Part shown: one piece after another, positions 39,219 to 47,922 of the stretch
How positions within the stretch are numbered: position 1 is the stretch's first letter
How the letters are laid out: every line of letters begins with the position of its first letter
Source: Octopus sinensis
Lineage: Eukaryota
Direction of reading: 5' to 3'
Length of the DNA stretch: 47,922 nucleotides
NCBI RefSeq assembly: GCF_006345805.1
Contig: NW_021834572.1
Location: forward strand, 1 to 47,922
Notes under the pieces: generated by a model
Told to the model about the DNA's origin: nothing
The model's input: the letters and a program-made list of their open reading frames with translations, nothing else
Database searches by the model: none
Translations under genes and position numbers: made by a program

Positions 39219-41697
39219 ATGTTGGCTTTGCTTTATGTCTGTACAAGTTGGCTCCAAGTCTCACCCAGAGACCTCAAGAGACAACAGGTTGGAAGTTCTG
39301 TGCCATATTTGGGTTTTTTTTTTTGGTGTTGTACTAGTGAATGTCTAATACATAAAAATTAAAAAAAATAAAAATAAAAATAAAAATAAAATAAAAATAA
39401 AAATAAAATAAATAAATAAATAATAAATAAAAGGTTGTTTTAAACCTTGGGATTACATAGAGAGTATTTTGCGTAGGATATGAGCAGTTCCCATGAGCAC
39501 TATCTTTTGAATTTCTGCCATTTTGGGGTTTCTGGTATCTGAGTTAGGTAGCAATTAGTCCCTTTCGCTATCATTCCCAGGGCACCTATGACAACAGGTA
39601 TTGTTTTAGTCTTCAGCTTCCACATTTTGCTGATTCTATTTCAAGATCTTTATATTTGCTCAGTTTTTGGTAAGTCTTGACAGATACGTTTATACGACTG
39701 GGACAGTCATATCAATGAGGAGGCATGTTCTTTGTCTGAAGTCTTTCAATATGATGTCTGGCCTATTTGCATCTATCTTCCTGTCAGTTTGAATGGTGAA
39801 GTTCCAGAGGAGTGAGATGTGGTCATTTTCAAGCACTGGAGGTGGATTGTGTTCCCACCAGTTTTTTTCATGGGGCAAATGCAGGTTTTTGCAAATTACC
39901 CAGTGAATATATTGTGCAGCTCTGTTGGCCTGGTAGTTTCTTGTTGGTAGGCATTGATTGAGCTGCTATGATAAACCCCTCTGTTTCAGATTTTAAGCCA
40001 GAGGCCATTAGCCATTGATGGGTCAGGGCTTTGTCAATATCTGCATTATTCGCTCTCTTTGGGTATTTGCCATAGAGAGGTTTTTCTTGCCATTTATTAT
40101 TCAGAATATCTAAGGCCGCAGTTTTGGCATGGGTTTTCATGCGCTTAGCTTTTTCTGTGCTTGTTTCTTGTATGTCTATCTCTAATTCCGAAATTGGTTG
40201 TATTCGGAATTCACTTAGATATTCCTTTGCCTGTTTTGTGACTGAGTATGATGCTTTCTTGTTTTCATGTTTTGAGACAAGTTTAACATCCAGTCCTCAG
40301 AGTTTTCAGGTAGGTATCTAGGCCAATTGTAGCAATCTTTGTCATTGTTATTGCCAGTTGTAAAAGACCACGGCTCCTCTTTTCTTGGCAGATAGAGTCG
40401 TTCTGTATCTGCCTTAGGGTGGTGCATTCTATGCATTGTCAACAGTTCCTTATTTTTCTGTCGAGCTGGACAATTTCAGTAATTGACCAGTTAACAATAT
40501 TGAAACTGTAAGTCACGACTGGTATAGCTAATGCATTGATCGCTTCGATCCTGTTTCTTGCATTCAGCTCTGTCTTGAGTATGTTCTCACTCTTCGATAG
40601 CATTCTCTCCTGATCCTTTCTTCATCTCTGAATGCCTTATTCCGTTCCCTTCAATTACCCCTAGGTACTTGTAGCTCTCCGCTGGGTCTAGTTCTTTTAT
40701 GACATTCTGCTGGTCAAGGTAACGTTGGATGTTTCTGTCATTTTTCCTTTGATAAAGGTAGCTTTTGCACATCTATCGAGACCGAATTGCATTCTGATGT
40801 CGTCACTGAATTGTTTGACTATCGCTAGTAAGCCCTTGAGTTGTTGGTCAATTTTTGCAAAAAGCTTTAAATGATCCATGTAAATGAGATGATTTATATT
40901 TTTATCAAACCATTTTATACCCATACTGCGCATCATTGAGCAGCTTTGAGAGAGGTATTAAGGATAAACAAAAGAGAAGTGGTGACAGTGAGTCACCCTG
41001 GAAAATGCCACACAAATTTTTACATCACCAGCATTTAGGGATTCATTGTCACTGTTCAGAGTTAGTGTGGTTCTCCATGATCTCATACTTACAGTCAAGA
41101 AGTTTCGCAGAGTAGGTGCATCTTATACATTTCCAGGCATTTCCTAATCCAGCTATGTGGTAGGCTATCAAAAGCCTTTTTATAGTCTATCCAGGCTATT
41201 GATAAGTTTTTGTGTCGTTTGTGACAATCTTCTAGATCATCTTATTGATGAGGTAGTTGGTCTTTACAGCCGTAGGATCCACGTTTACATCCTTTCTGTT
41301 CATTAGGGAATATGCTGTTGTCTGTAAAAAACTATAGGTATATTCCGTCAGGACAGATGTTAGCGTTTTGTACATAGTTGTTAAGCAGGTTATGGTCTAT
41401 AGTTTTTTGGTTCATTTGTTTCTTCACTTTTGGAAGCAGGAATGTTAACCCATTAACTAGCCAAGGAGGCATCCTACTAGGGTGTTGCAAAACATCATTG
41501 TACAGTTCTGTTAGCAGTTCATGGCTCTCTGGGAAGGCATTCAGCCAGAAGTTAGGAATTTTATCCTTTCCTGGAGACTGCCATTTGCTTGACCTCCTGA
41601 GAGCAGATCTTATATCTTCTACCTTGACACCCTCCCACTTTTGCTCTTCTAAGGGGTCCAGTTCTGTAGATATTCTGTCAATCCAGGGGGCCTTTTC

Positions 41698-41700
<3 letters not shown>
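39219..41700 (-). mobile_element. Dong/R4 LINE (family B), long 5'-truncated copy with deleted zinc knuckle
   Basis: SPGKDKIPNFWL, IDYKKAFDS, IFQGDSLSPL, IYMDHLKL, NRPDIILK. (TAA)n at both ends. Confidence 0.9.
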
Positions 41701-41740
<40 letters not shown>

Positions 41741-41764
41741 GTAGTAGTAGTAGTAGTAGTAGTA

Positions 41765-42005
41765 TTTTCAACACAGGTTTTGCTGGAGCTATCTGTTCAT
41801 TTCAACTACCTATTGCTTTCCTGATTAATCTGGCTGTACCAAGGATCCAGACCTTTTGCAACAGTTCTATTGGACAAGGTACTCTATTCCGATTTCCTTT
41901 ATATTCCTCTTGATGCCTTCTGATATTCTTCCCAAGGACTCAACAATAATTGGCACTATCTTCACCTTCTTCCTTTTCCATTGCCGAGCTATTTCCTATT
42001 TAAGA
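41765..42005 (-). mobile_element. Dong/R4 C-terminal fragment (family F)
   Basis: EIARQWKRKKVKIVPIIV.SLG.IS. The 3' end runs into (TAC/TAA)n. Confidence 0.6.
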
Positions 42006-42056
42006 GAATCGTATATATATTATTTACATTATTTATATTTGACGGATATTTGACGA

Positions 42057-42113
<57 letters not shown>

Positions 42114-42227
42114 GTTATTATTATTATTATTATCATCATCATCATTATTATTATCATTATTATTATATATTATTTATTATTATTATATTATTATGATTAT
42201 TATTATTATTATTATGTTATATATTTA

Positions 42228-42545
42228 TATATTTGGATTTTGCATAGAATTTGTACAAAGTGACTTTGTGTCTCAACCCGAATCCTCAAGAGACAAGTTA
42301 GAAGTTCAAGTTATGACTAAGGTGCCATATTTTTGATTTTGTACAAAGTATTGTTCTAGAGAATGTCAGTCAAAACACAAGAAAATTTGAAGTTTGTTTT
42401 AAAAGTGATTTGATCATAAGATGCAAGTGTGATATTAAGATGACAGTAAAAGGTCTTTGCAATGATGTACTTTTTAATGTACTTTTGACAATATTTTCAG
42501 ACTAAAATGTTTTGGGGCTTACATAGACAATATTTTGCTATGTCA
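42228..42545 (-). mobile_element. Dong 3'UTR (family D)
   Basis: Related to 13080-13270 and 35470-35625. Abuts the (TAA)n array at 42057-42225. Confidence 0.7.
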
Positions 42546-42571
42546 TTCCGTGTCCGAGCATTGTTGAGCTG

Positions 42572-42880
42572 TGTGTGTATGTCGAACACCTGCTGTCGCA
42601 TGTGGGATGGATCTGGTTTTTAACTAAACCCATTGTGAAGATTACCCCGCCGCCTTCCTTTAACCGGGAAGGGACAAGTTGTCTTCATATGGCAGTGGGC
42701 CATGGCGAAAGTGGCTGTATCGTTGGTGAGACTAAAGGGGATGAAGACAAACACAGTTCTCTTTGACCAATCCCTGATCAACTTCTTGAAAAGGAAATTA
42801 GTCAATTTTCTGGAAGATGGATGAAAGTGGCGAGAATGATGCGAGTGAACAAGCCTGCCCTGAGCATACGCCTGTAGTTG
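42572..42880 (+). mobile_element. Tx1-related C-terminal fragment
   Basis: YVEHLLSHVG and KITPPPSFNREG parallel YVEQLLSRVG and NIVTPPSFKRVG at 15755-15850. Confidence 0.7.
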
Positions 42881-43148
42881 GAGAAAAAGCGCCTACCCCA
42901 GGAGCCAGGGCACCTGGAGTTTTCTAGTGTTTTTCCATGAGCAGACCTGAAACGTTTCCTCCCTAGTGAGGATTATACGTTGAGAATTTGATGTTTATTT
43001 TTAATTCCGTTTTAAACTTGTTTACAAGACCTCACAACAACACACGCTCACACACACATACACACGTGAATTCTTCGTTTTGTCTTGTACTGTCCATAAT
43101 GTCTTTCTTAATGCAAACCTTTTGTGGTTAAAAAAGAAATTACTACTG

Positions 43149-43205
<57 letters not shown>

Positions 43206-43252
43206 TTATCATTATTATTATTATTATTATCATCATTATCATCATCATCGTA

Positions 43253-43288
<36 letters not shown>

Positions 43289-43336
43289 GTTATAATTATT
43301 ATTATTAATAATATAATATTATTATTATTATTATTA

Positions 43337-43417
<81 letters not shown>

Positions 43418-43419
<2 letters not shown>

Positions 43420-45610
43420 TATTATAAAGCTATTGCATATTAATATAATTTGCAGGGATGTTATCTTGAGGTTTGTTGACAAGTCTCCTTCAATTTCAAG
43501 AAACCTCCTTAGCGTTCTTGTAGAATGCCTCTTTGCACTTTTCTCCAGGTCAATAATGTACACCTTAATTTCAGTATCTTTCAACAGTATCTTAGTTATC
43601 AGTTTGGGTCTCGTGCCAGTTGCACTAATCACCAGAGAAATAATTGTCATCTTAGTACTCCATAATGTTTTCATCTCTCCGGCTAGGTTATTATATTGCT
43701 AAATTTTTTCAATTTCCTTGTTATCCAGTCAATTATCATTTGGTATTGATAAGTCAATGATTTTACATTGTTTCTTTTGTACTTAATTATCATATCTGCT
43801 ATTCTCACTTCACTAATATGGTTAGTGTTTATGGGGAAGTCCCATAAAATGCTATAATTTTTATTGCCTATCAAAGCCTCTGTTTCATCTTCATTCCTAT
43901 TTTCTGTTATTTCGAAACTTCACAATCAACCAATTACTATCCAATGCACTCTTTAACCTACACACTCATTTAACTTACACAGCGTACACTTATACTCTTT
44001 TTGTGATAGCTTATTGCTAGCATAAGAAATGGTTAATTACTATCCAATGCACTCTTTAACCTACACACTCCTTTAACTTACACAGCGTGCACTTATACTT
44101 CTTTGCGATAGCTTATTGCAAGCATAAGAAATGGTTAATGTATTCGTCTTCTTTCCTGCAGATTCTATGGATATAGTCTATTTGTCGATTTTTGCCTTTA
44201 ACTGATTCTTCCTAATGGCTTGTTCGTGAGTGTATATATTTAGTGTTTTTGTCTCTCTTTTCAGTTTTCCGTCCATCAACCAAAGTCAGCGCTCTTTATT
44301 TACAACATACTCGGTTCCGAGCAATATTGGTTTCTGTACCTGCTCTACCTCTGTATTTTCAAAGCAATTTGTGAGCTTGGTAAATAAATAGATTCCAGTC
44401 ATCAATACTTGTTCTGCTTTACTTTCCTATAAAACATTATCCCTAGGGCTTGCATTATCTGTGATTAAACATATATATATATATAGAGAGAGAGGTTCTT
44501 ACCTCTATATTCACAACCACTATATCGGGCTTTCTTAATCACATTGGCTCATTACGTTCCACACAATCTTCTTCTTCTTCTTCTTCTTCTTCTTCTTCTT
44601 CTTCTTCTTCTTCTTCTTCTTCTTCTTCTCATTCTTCTTCTTCTTCTTCTTCTTCTTCTTCTTCTTCTTTTCCTCCTCCTCCTCCTCCTCCTCCTCCTCT
44701 TCCTCCTCCCCATCATCATCATCATAACCATCATCATCATCAGCATCATCATCATTATGTTAGTGTATTCTAATTTGTTAACAGATATTTTATCTTGAGA
44801 TTTGGTGACAGCAAAAGGTGACTTTTGCACATTTGTCGAGGCCGAATTTCATCCTGGTGTCATCACTAATCTGTTTTACAGCTATTAATAAGCCTCGTAG
44901 TTATTGATGATATTTTAGAAAGAGCTTTGAATCATTCACAGGAAAAAAGATGATTTACTGTTTTATCAACAATTTTAAAGCCACATTGTGCTTCGTTAAG
45001 CAATTTGAAAGGTGTTAAGGCTAGACAAAAGACGAGTAATTGATAGAGAGTCACCCTGGAAAATGCCACATGAAATTTAAACATTAAAAAATTCATTTCT
45101 GAATTCACCTATGTGGTAGACTATCAAATGCTTTTTTATAATCTAGCCAGGCTATTGATAGGTTCTCGTGCTGTTTGTAACAATCTTCGAAAATCATTTC
45201 AGTGATTAGAAGCTGATCTTTGCAACCAAAGAACCCATGTTTACAGCTCTTTTGCTCATTAGAGATGCCGCTTTCTGTTAAGAAGTTATATGCACGTTCA
45301 ATCAAGACAGCTGTTAATTTATTATACCAAATTGTTAAGCAGGTTATAGGTCTATCGTTTATCGATTCATTTGTTCCTTCAATGTTTGGAAATAATAATG
45401 TAACACCATTAACTATCCAAGAGGACCTAATATTAGGTTACTGTAATACATTGCTTTAGAGTTTAGTCAGTAGTTCATGACTTACTGAAAAAAGCGTTCA
45501 ACCAAAAGTAAGGAACTTATATCCTTTCCTGGAGACTTTCCTTTGCTTGATTTTCTGAGAGTAGATCTTACATCCTCAACACTGATACCCGCCCACTTTT
45601 ACTCTTCTGT
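43418..45610 (-). mobile_element. Old Dong/R4 LINE remnant, interrupted by a ~102-bp tandem duplication and (TTC)n
   Basis: GCKDQLLI, IAWLDYKKAFDSLPH, IFQGDSLS and ILWDFPINT. (TTC/TCC/CAT)n at 44566-44755. Confidence 0.75.
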
Positions 45611-45629
45611 AAATAATCTATTAATTCAA

Positions 45630-45950
45630 GGAAGGCGCATGGCTCAGTGGTTAGACAGTCGGGCTTACGATCGTGAGGTTGTGAGTTCGAATCCCGGACT
45701 GGGTTATGTGTTGTGTGCTTGAGCAAGACACTTTATTTCACGTTGCTGTAGAAATGAGTTGCGACGTCACAGGTGCCAAGCTGCATCGGCCACTTTGCCT
45801 TTCCCTTGGATAACACTGGTGGCGTGTTGAGAGGAGGCTGGTATGCATGGGTGACTGCTGGTCTTCCGTAAACAACCTTGCCCAGACTTGTACCTGGGAG
45901 GGTAACATTCTAGGTGCAATTCCATGGTCAGTCATGACTGAAGAAGGTCA
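45630..45950 (+). mobile_element. tRNA-derived SINE (OR2/Nin-like), second copy
   Basis: TGGCTCAGTGG A box, GTTCGAATCC B box, body matches 4150-4498. Confidence 0.85.
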
Positions 45951-46609
45951 CTCACACACACACGCACACAATTCAAGGAGCATTATTATTATGTTCCTTC
46001 CTCTACACAAATTTTGCTAAATAAAAGAAATTCTTTCAGTTCTTTTGATGGGACAGATTTCACTGTAAAAGATGTTTCTTCTATTTTTATAATTTCTTTT
46101 TTTTTTGTGTGTGGTGGTGGGATATTTTGAATATGTTGTGCTTGAAGAACCTAGCACATCTTAAATAACGAGCTATGCGGGTTGCTTTAGCAGACACCTT
46201 TTGCTTGATATTTTCTATAATGGTATCGATGTCGAGTATGGATTTCAAATAAATTTTCTTTAGTTTTCTTTAATTTTCCTAATTTAGTTGGTTTGTTATT
46301 TTTGTCAGACTTTAAACAGATCTTAGTAAATGAATTTGTTGATGAATTCATTCTTGCCAAGTAGGTGTTTTGTGGAAATGCATAGATTGTGAACTTAGGA
46401 GATGCACAATAAAGATGGTTGAGTTCTGTAATATCAACATCATTAATTGAAATTCTGTGCTTAAGGGCAATGCAGATTTTACTATTTTGGTTTTGGGAAT
46501 CGTTAGCACGCCGGCGGAATGCATAGCGGAATTCGCGAGGTCGACTTTACCTTTCATCCTTTCGTGGTTCGACTCCCACGCGTATAGGAAAGCCTTCTTT
46601 TTCTTTCTT

Positions 46610-47078
46610 TCGAGAGCATATATGCCCCTTTATTAGACTATTTTCTTTAGTCGTTGCACGGTGATCGCCATAAGTTTTAAGCTTATATAAAAATACCATT
46701 ATTATTATTTACAGGATTGTAAATCATAGCGCTATAAAAAAAAAATCTATTCGCACCGAAAACATATAGAAAGTTTGTTTACATAAAAGCAAATACGAAC
46801 TAACATATAGTTCTGAAATTTGACACAAAGAATGGAGCTGATTTGTCGGCGTAAAGGTAACTCACTTAGTCGCGTTAACAGAGGGATTTGTGCTCTATCC
46901 CCATGCGGGAAGGAAAGGCTTTTTTCTGTCGAGGGCTTATACGCCCCTTTATTAGACTATTTCCCTTAGTCATTGCATTGTGATCGCTATAAGCATTAAG
47001 CTTATATAAAAATACAGTTACTATTTTTTTCAGGATTGTAAATCACGGTGCCGTAATAAAAAAAAATATTCGCACCGA
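46610..47078. repeat. Two diverged ~150-bp direct repeats (46610-46759, 46929-47078)
   Basis: GCCCCTTTATTAGACTATTT...AAGCTTATATAAAAATAC...CAGGATTGTAAATCA...ATTCGCACCGA occurs twice. Confidence 0.85.
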
Positions 47079-47438
47079 TATATATATAATATATATATCT
47101 ATATAATAATAATAATAATAATATTAGGGAGTAAATCCAAACTTACAGGGAAAAATTAGATTTAGGATTAAATCTAATTTTATAGTATAAATATATATAT
47201 TAAATTAGAGATAAAACCACTATTAGTATAAATTATAAGTATAAATTATTAATTTAGATAAGTTTTAAAATTTTAACTTTAAATTTAAATATTTAATTTT
47301 GAATTTTATATTTTATATTCTTTATAATTAATTTTATTTCTATGTATTGGTTATGATTTTCACGGTTGATTTGCCTAATAGTGTGTTTTATCTCTAATTT
47401 AATATTATATATATATATGAGAGAGAGAGAGATGAGAC

Positions 47439-47470
<32 letters not shown>

Positions 47471-47922
47471 GAGAGAGAGAGGAGAGAGAGAGAGAGAGAG
47501 ATTTATAATAGTATAGAATACTATTTAACTAAGGGCATATAAGAGACTATGCCTTATGCTGAAAATAGACGTTAAATCGTCATACCACTTTAAAAAATCA
47601 CTTTCAAAGTACACATGCGTTGAATCTATGGAGTAGGTTCCCAGAAATTCATGAAATAGTTATCCTTGCATTGATCAATTTCTGCATAATTCTAATAAAT
47701 TTCCCTCGTCAGAATAATTTCCATTCACTTCGGGATGTCTAGTCCCTTCTGTACTACACTCAACAAGTACACAGGTGCTGGGGTAGACTACGAAATTCGA
47801 TGTGGATATATATTTGTGGTATTTGTATGTAATCTTAGCTTTACGTTTGCTTTCTTGTGAGTATGTATAAACATCTCATTTATTTCCTTGCTAATGAAGA
47901 AAAGTTATTAATCTAATCTAGA

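Noticed and set aside
47620-47730. Minus CTGACGA-GGGAAATT...AATTTCTGG-GAAC
   Set aside because: GAAA core is incomplete, with no clear cleavage triplet or stem I. At most a very decayed relic.

Overview
AT-rich, microsatellite-dense eukaryotic DNA, most likely an octopus intergenic or deep-intronic region (inferred from recognised cephalopod tRNA-derived SINE families, not from a database search). No host protein-coding gene, rRNA or functional tRNA is supported. Most ORFs in the supplied track are translations of simple repeats. The window is a pile of mobile elements: many Dong/R4-type (RLE) LINE fragments from several families, Tx1-type LINEs, two Penelope-like element (PLE) remnants, a Mag-like Ty3/Gypsy remnant with its 3' LTR, a full-span but defective mariner, a small Helitron, a MITE with an 8-bp TSD, three long foldback palindromes and about 20 SINE pieces. 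Main observations: (1) non-LTR families appear to occupy separate microsatellite niches: Dong in (TAA)n, a Tx1 family in (TATC)n in both copies, and possibly a third family in (CATA)n. (2) A non-coding ~0.7-kb element also sits in (TAA)n and may parasitise Dong. (3) Three different degenerate type I hammerhead ribozyme motifs lie on the minus strand in the first 8.4 kb, one downstream of a PLE ORF. Boundaries were read by eye and may be off by a few to tens of bases where elements are decayed.
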